A stretch of 64,000 nt of DNA, taken from contig NC_045697.1 of the NCBI RefSeq assembly GCF_009834535.1, positions 92,010,001 to 92,074,000 on the forward strand, given 5' to 3'. Each line of letters opens with the position of its first letter. Positions within the stretch are counted from its first letter, which is position 1. The notes beneath the pieces were generated by a model. That model saw only the letters and a program-made list of their open reading frames with translations. It made no database searches and was not told where the DNA came from. Shown here piece by piece: positions 27,010 to 39,264 of the stretch. This stretch comes from Camelus ferus. Taxonomy: Eukaryota. The position numbers were made by a program, and so were the translations under genes.

Positions 27010-27375
27010 TCAATTAAAATAGAACTGCCCTATGATCCAGCAAATCCACTTCTGAGTATATATCTGAAGGAAATTAAATCACCATCTTGAAGAGATAACT
27101 GTACCCTCATGTTCATTGCAGCATTGTTTACAATAGCCAAGCATGGAAGCAACCTAAGTGTTTGTTGATGGATGAATGGATAAGAAAATGTTACAGATAT
27201 TATATAACTCTCACTACACACAAAAAATGGTACCTATGTGAGGTGATGGATGTGTTAATACCTTATTGTGGTAATTGTTGCAAAATATGTCCATATCAAA
27301 TTAGCACATTGTAAATCTTAAACTTACACAGTATTGTCTATTGTCAGTTATATTCAATACAGCCAGAAAAATTAA
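27010..27375 (+). mobile_element. L1MA-type 3' end with internal deletion
   Basis: aaaatagaactgccctatgatccagcaaatccacttctg...gatgaatggataagaaaatgt, then a jump to ctatgtgaggtgatggatgtgtta. Confidence 0.8.
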
Positions 27376-27399
27376 AAATTGAGTTACCTAAGTGTGTGT

Positions 27400-28497
27400 T
27401 CTTAGGTCTATTTGAAATGCTGTTTCCTTAAGTTCTCTGATAGCACAAGTGCATAACATTTCTCCTACCACTTGGCTCACTCTTTCCCAACCATCTTTAA
27501 GACTTCTTTTCCCTTTACTTACCTCTTTAATATTGGAACTCCTTAGCATTTTGTCCACTATCCATGTCTTCTTATTCTGTAGTCTGATCTTAGGTACTTG
27601 CATCTACCACTTAATTCTAAGATTTATCTATATTATGGCCTTGAACTCTGGGACTATGTATTCAAATTTTTGTCAGATATTATCACCTAGGTGACCACAT
27701 ACACTAAAAATATAGTATGTTAAAAGATGAAATCTTTGTATTTGCCTCTCCCAACTTCAGTTTTTTCTGCATTGTTCCCCTTCTTAAAGCATAATCCCAC
27801 TCAGCTGCCCAGACTAGCAACTTAGATGTTATCCTTAGTTCTCCATCTTTGTTCATCTTGATTGCATCTCTTACACATCTTGAATTCATCTATTTCTCTA
27901 CACGCTCACTTCCAGTGTCCTAGTTCAGACAATCTTAAACTCCAGCCTCAATTACTACTGATGATTCTAACTCATCTCTTCCCTCTTAGCTCATTCTCTG
28001 TATTACAGCTGTAATTATCTTCCTAAAATGTAAATATGCTCATTTCATTCCTAAGCTTGAATTCATTGGCCATTCTCTATTACCTGTAAGATAATATCCA
28101 AACTCTTTTAACACAGTTTAAATATCCCTTCCTCCCTTGGACCATGCATACTTCTTTAGGCTTATCCCCATCACTTCCCTCCCTAACCATATGTTCCAAC
28201 AGTATTATTTTCATTAAAAAGATTGCCTCAGTTAGGACTGTCTCTTTCAAGTCTCTTGACTATCCAAGTCTGGCTTAGGTGATAGGTTCCTCCATAAAAC
28301 ACTGTTACCTCCTTCTTTGTGGCATTTATCATATTCAATTTTAATTCACTATTCACCTGTGTGCATCCTTACTTGGCTACACAGTTTCTGTGGTGGAGTG
28401 CCGATTGTCTGCTGTGCTCCCCCTTATCATCCCAGAACTTTACATAGAGAGGGGGCAATACACATGAATGTATGAATGAATGAATGAATGAATGAAC
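27400..28497 (+). mobile_element. L2 (about 1.1 kb) with (GAAT)n tail
   Basis: Pyrimidine-rich L2 body ending caatacacatgaatgtatgaatgaatgaatgaatgaatgaa. Confidence 0.8.
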
Positions 28498-29239
28498 TGA
28501 TTTTGAAGAGTTTCCATAAAGCTGCAGGGGGAGGGGAGAACTTAGCAGAAGAGGAAATATCATTCATTTAACACAAATCATTATGCTCAATGTTTTTAAA
28601 TGTATTAATACCTCAAAGTTCTTAAAAATTAAAAACAGGTATGATCAAACTAATGTTCAGAAAAAGTATGTAACTTATTCAAGATTACATACATAGCTAT
28701 CAACAGAACTGGGATCTGAACTCAAAAAGTTATAGTGTTTTCTACTCTACATTATTTGTTTTATTCATGCCAGAAACTTAGGAAATAATTAAGGAGAAGT
28801 GGGAGGCACTATGAATTTCTTTGGTAGGAATCCATGAATTATTCTTGGGACATCTCATAATGGTGAATCTATGGTGAGTTGTTGATGTCTCAACACTTTC
28901 AGAAGCTCACCTAATACTATTACTTCAGATCCCATGTCAGCAATATGAGACTTGTTTTTATTATTCCACCACTTATGGTCTTATCATTCGGTATGCTGAA
29001 CTCAGTTCAGAGGTATTTATGAATTTGTCCATTATTGAATCATTGAAGGCTTCTGTCCTAGGGATGTATGAATAAATACAGTGACACCTAGTGAGAGTAA
29101 GAGAAAGGTGTTGAAGATGTTGATCACCATCCTGAAAAATCTGATTCAGAATTCTGTGGGGCTAAAGATGAGAAGGGCCCTGCTATACAGTGCTAGTTGC
29201 AAATCTTCTTTGACTAAAATAATGAAAGGTCATTCACAT

Positions 29240-29450
29240 AATACACTTGTTATGTGTCAGCCACTGTTCTGTGTGATTTATATTTTTTTAACTCAGCCCT
29301 ACCAACTATTCAGAGATGAATTCTTCTTCTTCAGTTTTATTTAGGAATTTGAGGCCCAGAGAGTGCCCAAGATCACATAAATAATTAGCTGAGTTGAGAT
29401 TTGAACCCAGGCAGTCTAGTTCTAGGGGCTCTGATTATAACCATGGTGCT
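29240..29450 (-). mobile_element. MIR SINE
   Basis: tgaggcccagagagtgcccaagatcaca...gatttgaacccaggcagtct. Confidence 0.8.
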
Positions 29451-29727
29451 GGGCTTTCGAATGACATTTTAAAGTATCTTTTATGATTCTTTGAATATAA
29501 GTTTTATTTTTAGAAGCTGTTGCTGTTTGTCGTTAAACTCTTTGTTTTCACCCTTGCTGAGGATCACCCTTGCTAGGAAAGATCTGCTGTACACTGTATT
29601 TCAATTCTCTTGGATAACAGCAAGATACCATTTGTTTCTAAATAAAGACGGTTGAATTTCAAAGCCATTTTGCTTCATTTTATGTCCTATTATTTTTATC
29701 ATTTTATGTACATGTTTCCATAACCAT

Positions 29728-30231
29728 TGATCAAGATAACCTTAATGGTCCTTCAGCTTGACTAAACTATAAATAGGCTTCTTCCTGACTGTAGGCCCCT
29801 AAACTCCTTTTTCTTAGCGCATTTACTTAAAAACCTTTGTAATTGTGTTTTCTCTGCCAGTTTTACAACCTAAGAATATCTTCCTCAAGTATCTGGGAAG
29901 CATCTTTTTGAAATGTCATCAGAGGAGACAGAACCCCCATCTCTGAGTCTCTGTTCGAGCCTAACTTTGGTGGGTGTCTTGCTACAAATTCGTAAAACTA
30001 CCTCCTGTCAAAAAGGTAAGACAATTTTCCTCTCTCCTCTGGTAAAGCCAATGAACAAACACAGGTGGCCTACGATCTCCCTCTCACTGAAGCCTTTAAA
30101 AACTCTACTACTCTTTGTGTCAGTGCAGTTGAGTTCAGACTTACATCTGGCTTCTTTCATCTCTTCCAGTAACCTTGAATAAAGTGTTCTTTGCCTGTCT
30201 GAATTTTTCTGTTGCAATTTTCGCTTTGGCA
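29728..30231 (+). mobile_element. ERV1 solo LTR, MER89/MER90-like
   Basis: TG...CA termini, AATAAA at 30178-30183, 4-bp flanks ccat/tcat. Start tgatcaagataaccttaatggtccttcagcttgactaaact resembles the recalled consensus. Confidence 0.8.
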
Positions 30232-31714
30232 TCATAACTGTGGGAAAAAACACACAACAAAATCAAGGTTTATATGTAGGCATTAGAGATCAGTGTTTCC
30301 TAGATCTTAATTCTTTACAAACATTCAAAACTGCAAGACTTTGGTGAAGAAGATCAAGTTTGTTATTTTATATTTTTTGAAAAAAGAAATTGGGCTTCAA
30401 AATACCCTTTGGTAAGCTCTTGTTTAACATCAAATGAAAAAACCTATTCTGGAGAATAAAGTAAATTTCCCCCACTTTTAGTTGTGGGCTCAAGGTATTA
30501 AATCTCGTTATAAAATTTGAGGAGGTAAAGGTCTGAAAGTATGGATGTATGTAGCCATATCATTAGGGGCTAGAGGCTGGGGGAATTTTAACTGTAACAA
30601 TTATACAAACCAACAGAAGTTAAGAAAAAGATATTCAAAAGAGAACACTTGGGTTTAAAAGATAAAAAGTGCTTATTTTAGTCATGTATTTCCTTAGGCA
30701 ATAACATTTGATCCATCCATTTGTTTGGAAGCAAGAACCGACAGGAGGATGAGACAGATGCCTGGGGGAATTACTATTGTTTATAACCGCCCATGGTCAT
30801 TTAAATATATTTAATGTAACTAAAAGAAAGAGTTGTCAGCTATTCTGATTGCTACTTTTGTTTTATTAGAAAATTCTCTTGTGGTTTCCATTGAAGATTG
30901 ACTGGAAATAACTTTACCCTTTTTTTTCCCCTTTGGAAAATTTCAGTTATACTCAGTTATTTATCAAGCATTTTCATAGGGATCTGGGATTTTTTTCCTT
31001 CAGAAATAAAAAGGGCAGTATGCTCAAGTAGGACACATTTTATTTTTTCCTCCAATGTGAAAAAAAACCCAACACAATATTTGCATGTTTTTCAAATTGC
31101 TTTGTGTGCTTTCTGAAGCAGTGCTAAGCAAATCAGCACATTTATCTAAGGAGGAAATGATATCCTAAAATACACTGAGAAACCTAACTTGTTAAATAGC
31201 TTCTAGTGTTCATGAAAGAGCAAAACAAAAACCTACAAAATATAAAAGACCATAAATCAATTAATCAAGTTAATGGCTTCCTTTAGGACATTTGAACAAA
31301 TTTTGAAAGCACATTTAAGTATAAAAATTAAAAAGTGAATACACCAGGAAGAAAACATATGTCATTTGAGCAGAATAGTTAACTTATTTTGGGAGGAACA
31401 AAAATAAGAATAAATTCAACCCATCATATTTGATAAAATATTTTTCATGTATCTGCTCTCAGGGGGTAAATATTAAGTGAAACTGTATTTGCTCATAATC
31501 CCCATCAACTCCAAAAACAGGTACTAATTGGCTTAATTTTTTTAACCCAGGAATAGCCCCTTTTCAAGTTATATTGTGAAAGCTGTGTAAAATGTAGTTT
31601 AAAATGCGATATATGAGCACCATGAGGTGGCGACTTTTGACCAATCATTTTGTGTCTTATTTCTGGAATTGCTAACTCTGTATAGAGAACATACTTCTTT
31701 TGTTAATTTTGGTA

Positions 31715-32010
31715 GCATACCACAGGGACTTTAATCATTAATTCAAAGGAGGCACTTCCTGTGGAAAAATAAGCTTCTTCTAGAGAAAGTCCTTACAATC
31801 CTCCAAGCGTTTTGGATGTGGGCACTTACTAGAGCTTCTGGCTGAAAGTGGCACTCGGGAGTGATTCTCTGCCAGAGCCACCCCTGCCTGCAGGGTTAGA
31901 TCGAAAGCGTCAACATCAACAGATTTCTCTTCATGCTCACTGTTTGACAGTTTAGAATAGAAATATCTGCCAGCTGTTCCATTTCCTACCTTCCTTGATT
32001 TTGGTAAGGT
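31715..32010. promoter_or_regulatory. Candidate enhancer or promoter
   Basis: RUNX (accaca 31719), HNF1-like (31730-31742), TCF/LEF (ttcaaagg 31742), ETS (cacttcctgt 31753) and NFAT (tggaaa 31762) motifs within about 50 bp of unique sequence. CpGs locally retained. Confidence 0.4.
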
Positions 32011-32102
32011 GACAAACGTAACAGATTTATCAACATTTTTTTTTGTATAGCTTAAATGTCAGAGTCAGCTTTCCAAATACAACCTCCAAAAACCCCTCTT
32101 CC

Positions 32103-32125
32103 AAAAAAAAAAAAAAAAAAAAAAA
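32103..32125. repeat. Poly(A)23
   Basis: Read directly. Confidence 0.95.
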
Positions 32126-32404
32126 GACCAAAAAACCCTAGCTTTTAAAAAATGTCAGGATTTCAAGCACACTGCACCTAATTTTTTAATAATGAAACTA
32201 CCCACACAATTAAACATAAACATAAGCTGCTTTTCCTTTTGGATGACTACAAGAGGGGAAAATACAATTACAGTGCTTCTTATTAAAATTGTAGAACAAT
32301 ATATGTATCTCCAGAAAAAAAGGAGAAAGAAACAAAGAAAAACACTGCTTTGTAGATGAAATGTAACTTGACAGGGGAAGGGGCCGAGGGGAAAGAGGAA
32401 AAGG

Positions 32405-32585
32405 CATTTATTGACCACTTCACAATTTATTTCCTTTGTGACCTCAAACGTTTCCCACAACCTCTATGGCCTTTCATTTCCTATTTTAAAAGTAAGAATA
32501 ATACTTGCTATTCCTATCTGAAAGGACTCAAATGAGGAATGATAAAGTTTTGCCTATTGTAAAGCACTGGTCAAGTGTAAAAGAT
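32405..32585 (+). mobile_element. MIR SINE
   Basis: tgtgacctc...aacctctatggcctttcatttcctattttaaaagtaagaataatact...tgtaaagcact. Confidence 0.7.
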
Positions 32586-32652
32586 TACTTCTTTTTGAAC
32601 TCATTGAAGCTGTAATTTATAAAATAATCATTAAGAGTTCAACAATATTTTT

Positions 32653-32785
32653 ACAGGGAAGGGTATAGCTCAAGTGATAGAGCACATGCTTAGCATGCAC
32701 AAGGTCCTGGATTCAATCCCCAGTACCTCCTCTAAAAGTAAATGAATAAACCTAATTACCTCCCCCCTCAAAAAAAAAAAAAAAA
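32653..32785 (+). mobile_element. tRNA-Ala-derived camelid SINE (vic-1 type), young copy
   Basis: Head gggaagggtatagctcaagtgatagagcacatgcttagcatgcacaaggtcctggattcaatccccagtacctcc, pure poly(A) tail. Perfect 20-bp TSD aagagttcaacaatattttt at 32633-32652 and 32786-32805. Confidence 0.95.
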
Positions 32786-34194
32786 AAGAGTTCAACAATA
32801 TTTTTCACTCTTTCACATACTTAACCTGGATTGTGGAATTTAGTTTAGTCCAACAGAATCTTGATTTGGAACTCTTGGGAGGGTCTAAGTGATTTTTGCT
32901 CATTGTAATAGGTCTCTGGTTACACTGCCTAACTCACCACCCTCCCCTAGTCTTTTCCCTATTCTTTCTCTTCCTGGCCAACTCTCCTGCAAGCACTGAC
33001 AAAGTGCCAGACACCAAGGACCTTCTGTGTTTCCATCTAGGAATGCAGTGGAGAGATCTGAGTTAGTGTCTGGCTGGGCCAGTACCAAAGGATGGAGAAT
33101 GGTGGGAAAGGAGGGAGATAATGAAATCTTTTAGTGACTCTACATTGGGTCTTGCTTCTTCTTGACAATGGAAAATTGACTTCTGCAAGCGACCCCAGCA
33201 TATGTGAGAACAACCAGTTCTCTGGATAGCTTCACATGCTTTGTAGCTATTATTTATTCTTAGAATATGCCTGAATGAGATCTGGAATGCTATGAATGCT
33301 GGATTTTGATTCAGAAGTCATGTGCAGGCTGGATCCCCTGTTCCTCTAAATCCTTAGTTGGAAGCTTTCTTTGTGAGGGTGCTGTTTGGGTTGTGGGTGT
33401 GGGTGGTAGCTTGTAGCTTCTCTCGCATGTTGAGAAAACCTCTCTGGAAAATGCAAGGAGGTCTCCACATTGTATGGGAAATGTGGTCAAGTCTAATGTG
33501 TCAGGGAAGTTGCCACTCTTTGCTCCAGTCACCATGACTGCCCAGGTGGCTCTGCCCCTTTATCTCTACCCTGTCTAGACCAGACAGTGCATACCTTAAA
33601 ACCAAAAAGACAAATCCAATATGTGTTTAGAAGAGGGCAGTGAGTCACAGAATGATGCTAGGAGAGGAATGGTTGGATCATTGTGTCATTGTCTCCTGAT
33701 CTGTATTATTTCCAGCCCCAGACATATGATTATGGTGAATTATGGTGAGAGTGACCAGATGGAGGTGACCCCATTGCCTCTAGGAGACTTGATTATCTAT
33801 TTTCCAGAAGCACAATAGCAACTCTTTTCTCACTAAGAGAAGCCATTACAAATCTAAAAGACAATTCTCCCTTTAGTTTTCAGGAATCTTCTCTATAGAG
33901 GATCCCTGCATTCAGATGATGTTCAAAAAGCCGGGGACAATAATCCAGAGAGACAAATTCAATCATCTTAATGATCCCTGAATTATTTCAATTATCTAAC
34001 CAACCGCTCAAATAAGACAGTGCTTCAAAGAGGTACAGACACATTAATCAGACATCCCAGCATGATAGCATTAGGATAGACTTTAGTCAAAAGTCTTCTA
34101 AAACAAGTAGTAATCTCTTAAAATAGCACTGTTGGCAAAAAGTTATCTGGATTTGACACCCACAACCGCAGGGAGTGCACACGCTCTTGAGCTT

Positions 34195-34580
34195 TTGGTG
34201 TAGGAGAAAGCACTCCGCTTTGGGGTAAAAAGAGATGGGTTTCAACTCTGCCCTTTAGTACTCTACTAACTGTGTGAAAGTAGGCTAGATAGTTTACCTT
34301 TGGCGTCCTGGTATATTTGTAATGGAAGATGAAATATCTTTTTCACTCCAGTCATCTGAGCATGAAATGAGACAATGTGAATAAAGCATCAAAGAACATG
34401 CTTAATAATTGGTAGTTTTCTTCCTGGCCTTTTCATGGCTGGAATCTGCCTTCTGTCTTTAAGCACTGCCACAAATTATGTAACCTCTAGAAAAGTGCTG
34501 TGCCTCTCTGGGCCTTAATTCTTCACATGTAAAATGAGAAACTTGGACTGATTGATTCAAAGGTCCCTCCAAGGACATTT
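34195..34580 (+). mobile_element. Two adjacent MIR-family fragments
   Basis: ggtgtaggagaaagcact...ctaactgtgtga, and cctctctgggccttaattcttcacatgtaaaatgag...aaggtccctcca. Confidence 0.7.
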
Positions 34581-35324
34581 TTCACTAAAATATGAAACAT
34601 CATGGTAGATTTCTGAAGACATTACCTTCACTTTTGTTCCCTTATAGCCATCTGTTATCATAGGCTTGGCTGGGCTAGGCATAATTACTTTTTCCCTATG
34701 GAGTCAAGAAACAAACTAAATGGCAGTGTCCTTGAATAATTTATTTGACTCCTAGAATTAGTACATTATCATTGTTGCTGTGGAAGAAGTAATTTACATT
34801 TTGAAAGGGTATTTTACTTCTTTTATCTCTGAATGTATTTTAATCCTTCTACTACTTAGGAGACATGACTCCATTATTTTATGTCAATACTTCCCATATC
34901 CTGTGATTTGGGTGGGGTCAGTTATATCTTCAATGTCTGATGAGGTTAATGTACTGGGATTCTGAGTGCCTACATTTAGTTAATGAATTTGAAGCAGAGT
35001 CTCAGGAGCTTGCATACCGACCAGTACCTTATCAGCCCCTAAGCTTTTGTTTGCTTTCTGTTGTATGATCTGTGGAATAATAGTTTATATACACATAGAG
35101 TATAACAATGAAGAGTAGGTGTCAGATTTGGAAATATGTAGCTCTGCGGAAAGATATGTATTCTGTGATCAGCCATAGATTCATATCCAGACTTTATCAA
35201 TTATCAGCACTTGACTTCGGCTACTCACTAGATATATCTGAATTTCAGTTTCTTTTTGTATAAAATGATATTAGATGAGAAGCTATTTGTTAAATAATAT
35301 TATTTTTATTATTGTTATTTATAG

Positions 35325-35676
35325 AGGAAGGCAAATATTATATGATATCACTTATATGTGGAATCTATAAAAAAGACAAATGAACTTATTTATAAAACAG
35401 AAACAGACTCACAGACACAGAAAACAAATTTATGGTTACCAAAGGGTAGATGAAGGGCAAGAGGTAAGGATTAGGAGTTTGGGATTAACAAACTACTATA
35501 CATAAAATAAATAAGCAACAGGATTTACTGTCTAGCACAGGGAACTTTATTCAATATCTTATAATAACCTATAATGAAAAAGAATCTGGGAAAAAATATA
35601 TATAACTGGATCAGTTTGCTGTACACTGAAACTAACACAACATTGTAAATCAACTGTACTTCAAATTAAAAAAAAG
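35325..35676 (+). mobile_element. Cetartiodactyl L1 3' end (L1_Art-like), inserted in a MIR
   Basis: cagaaacagactcacagacacagaaaacaaatttatggttaccaaaggg...aactaacacaacattgtaaatcaactgtacttcaa plus A tail. MIR-like sequence on both sides (about 35140-35290 and 35677-35730). Confidence 0.88.
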
Positions 35677-35996
35677 TTACTTGTGAAAGTAGCTTTTAAA
35701 TATTTCTCTATACCAATGCAATATATTATTTTAATTAGTAAGATTATTTGATTGTTATCTGTCAACTCCTGGGAACATTAGCTTAGAGAAAGTTATAAGG
35801 CAAGAGATGGTGAATAAGACATGTATGTTATAGAGTCATTGTAAATGAACATCAGTAGCTGAAAGTTGTTAGGATAAATGCCCTGGAGTTAGTAAAGAAA
35901 TGGTAAAGAGAGCACAACACAGAATAAGAGGAAGCTCTGAAAATGAGTATGAGAAACTCATTTTTAACTTTTGAATCCCTAATAATAGTAAATATA

Positions 35997-36277
35997 TATG
36001 GTCAATATGGTTATTTACCAATATTTTGGTTGTCCTCATTCCAGAAACACTGTAGTGTTGCACTTCTTTGCTTTTTTGAAAGCAGATGTGGCTTGTGTCT
36101 TGCTTTAGCTAATGAAGTGTTATGATTATGATATGCATTTATGTCCCAGATCATTTTCACTCCCTCAGCCTACCTATGAAAGTCAGGAAAAATGAGCAAG
36201 GAACAAATGTGTGTTACCTTACAATATTTTATGGATATTTGTTAGTTCAACATAACCTAGATTCTCCTGGCATGCAG
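35997..36277 (+). mobile_element. MaLR LTR, MLT1I/J-like
   Basis: tggtcaatatggttatttaccaatattttggtt...ttgcacttc...tttgttagttcaacataacctag. Confidence 0.65.
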
Positions 36278-36759
36278 AATAAATTACTTCACTGAACTCA
36301 TCCAGAACCTCTGCCCTCTCATTTAAGTGAGGAGCCAAAAGCAAGGGTTGGGGTAGATATTAATCTGGGGGAGTATCAGGAGTGTGAGCATGAGAGACAA
36401 TTGCGCTCTGCAGAGAAAGGGCTGGTTCAGGGGCCAGTGCTGTGCTGCACTCAGCAGTGAAAGGTCAGTGAATGGCCCAGGTTCTGCCCACTGCCCAGTG
36501 ACCACTCCTGTTTCCATTGATCCATTTCTATCCCATTACAGGTGTACAAGGCTAGTCCTTATACATTCATGTTAATGTGCTCAAGAAGAACCTCATAACC
36601 TTTTGAAGACTACACTTATTACATAGCTAGGTAAATATTAAGGAACACAGAAATTATGCTTAGGTGTTTTCACTTTCGTTAGATAAGGAAGATCATACCA
36701 GCAACACCCACAAGAGAGAAAGTGGTAGCTTTCATTGATTACCTCCTTATGTATATACT

Positions 36760-37180
36760 TTAAGACCTTTCCATCCTAGACTATCTTACCTCACTATCTT
36801 TCCAGTCTCATCTTATGCAATCCTCACTTTTTTTCCCTTTTTTAAAAAAAACTTTTCTTCACCCAGTGAACTCGAGTGAATCCTTCTAATATTAGCTTAG
36901 TTCTCACTTTTCAGATGCCTTCCTTGACCTAAAGACATCAAATAATCATATTATTTACTCTCATAATTGTATGCATTTTTCCTTTGCAGCACTTACCATG
37001 ATTGTTATTTTTATCTTAGTTGTGTAACTGCCTGATTAGTGACTCTCTCTCATCCTATAAGCTATGTAGGGGGAGGAGGCTTTCCTCTGTGTTTAATCAG
37101 CTTTGCCTACTCTGACACTATTATAGTGCTTCACATGTGGGTGCCTTCAACAGATGTTTGTTAAATGAATAATGAATGTA
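36760..37180 (+). mobile_element. L2 3' end
   Basis: gccttccttgacc...cagcacttaccatgattg...tgtttgttaaatgaataatgaatg. Confidence 0.7.
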
Positions 37181-37204
37181 AGTCATGTAATGGTCATCTA
37201 ACTA

Positions 37205-37370
37205 CTTGTCTTTTTCAACCATTCAAAAGCCCATGAGATAAGCAGCTGTGTATTCATTTTTAAAATGAGGATTGGTTAAAGGATTTGCTCCAAATCAAAC
37301 ACTTCAAGATGGTGGAGCCAGACTTTGAGTTCGTGTTTATATGACTTCAAAGCCTGTGGTCTCTCCATTA
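37205..37370 (-). mobile_element. MIR SINE
   Basis: cattttaaaatgagga...ggtggagccagactttgagttc...tgacttcaaagcctgtg. Confidence 0.65.
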
Positions 37371-37439
37371 CATGCCTCTGCTTCACCAGAGACTAAAAGA
37401 AGTGCTTTAATTTTGAGGGAGTTAATAATGCATGGGGTC

Positions 37440-37760
37440 TGAATTGAATATAATTTTTTGCTGCTCTGCACTAGAAGAATTTTTTATTATCCAGCTGTAG
37501 CTTTGTGCCTTCATCTCCTATCAAGAAGAGGTAATTATCTTCATTAGCAGGCAACCCCTTTACTCCCATATAACTTTGATGGAGTTGATAAAACTCTATT
37601 TTCTTTGCTTCTTGCTCCCTGTGTGAACCACTATCTTCAAAAGCTGTCAAAGTTTGCAACCAGATGGCCAGCTATTATTCACTCTTTAAGTTCCTCTGCA
37701 GCAATGCATCATCAGGTCCATCAGCAAATAGTAACATATGAAAACATATTGTCTCATCTT
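37440..37760 (-). mobile_element. Ancient RTE-type (L4-like) LINE endonuclease remnant
   Basis: Minus ORF 37471-37659 contains EQEAKKIEFYQL...YLFLIGDEGTKL, resembling the RTE APE pattern EE..E.FY..L...LFIIGDWNAK. Confidence 0.45.
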
Positions 37761-39264
37761 TAGTATCTCCAAATGTCACTTTCACATTTGTTATTCCACT
37801 CTTGTTCCTAATTAAAGAAAGCTCATTTCCAATTCTCCTGACTGATATGTACCATTTTAATAATGCCCTTTATGTTTATCCTATTCATCATTGTCTTATT
37901 AACGCAGTTGTTTTCAAACACAATGTTAACTAACAAAGTCCTTTCTTGACTTTTCTTCAAGGCTGTGGTTATTTCTGTTTGGCATCCTCTTCTATCTAAT
38001 GCAGTGATACCACCCTGGACTGATATACAGTGACATCTGCCATCTGAAACTTGATGGGCCTTTTTACCTTTTTAAGCTCTTTATCACACTTTATCCCTCT
38101 ACTTCTGCTGCCAGTCTGAGTTGTATATTTCCTGCAGCTCCCAGTCACTGTCCCCTTTTCCATCTTAACTTCCCTGCCTGTTTATCTCACATACTCAGCC
38201 TGCCCCACTCTTTGCTTAGGTTCGCTGAGGTCTAATACCTCTCGTGTCACTCATTTTGCTCTCATATTCATTGAGCTTCTTAAGAAGATCAGCTCGTCTC
38301 TATGATTTAATATCAAGTTCTTAATTTTATACCTAAAAGATAATATTCAAAGAAAATCGATCTTACCTTCTCTGCTCTGTGTTTGAAAGGCATTTGATCC
38401 TATCACAGTAACATCTATTTGCATTTTGAATTTATTGCCACTTAAAGTAAATTAAAATTTTGTCTTAGCTTATAATCAGATTACAGTAGCAGCATGAATC
38501 CACCTGACTTTAAAAAATCTGGGGAGAGCCATTTGCTTGAATAATAGGTCAACTCAAATAATATCATTTTGAATGTATATTGTAGTGCTGGTACCTGTAT
38601 TTCTGTGATAATGACACTGCTTCTAAAAATTAAAAGATTTGACCATGAGAAAAATTCCTTTAATAGGAACGTTAAATTCTGGGTAGTATGTAGCTTTTCT
38701 TTAAAGAGTGGATGGTAAGAAATAGGACGTATTTGCTTTCAGTCCTCAGAAAACGGGACGAGAGGTGAAGGACTGAGTGTCAGGGTGGCCCTTATTATCA
38801 CTCCTCTGGGCTTGTATTGTTTATGGGGCAGTCAGTGTCACAATATGGGACATTCAAAAATTTGGTAACAATGTCCTATTAAAGTCACAGAAATTAACTT
38901 GATTTAAATGCCAAACAGAATTTGTTTCTTTTCTAGGGATAAAATCAGGTCAAAATGGATTCAAATTAGGGCCACTGAAAATGAGAAGATAGACCTAAAT
39001 ATATTTTACCTCTCATTTCTTTGCAAAATATTAGTGGAAAGCTCATTTCTATGAAAAATAAGTATATTTTCTATGGATACTGGTGAAATAAAACTAGAAG
39101 GCACTGATGAACTCAAGTAGAGGTGAGATGATCTTGTTAAATACAACTTTGGTCAATACAGATTTAGCAGAATAATATTTACTTTTGGACTTTTTAAGTG
39201 GAAAGTAGTAGCATATGTAATTATACTAATAAAGTATTTAATATAAGAACATAGCCTCACTGTT

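Noticed and set aside
32103..32125. Poly(A) runs here and at 61477-61500 as processed-pseudogene tails
   Set aside because: No upstream mRNA-like or SINE body, and no convincing TSD.
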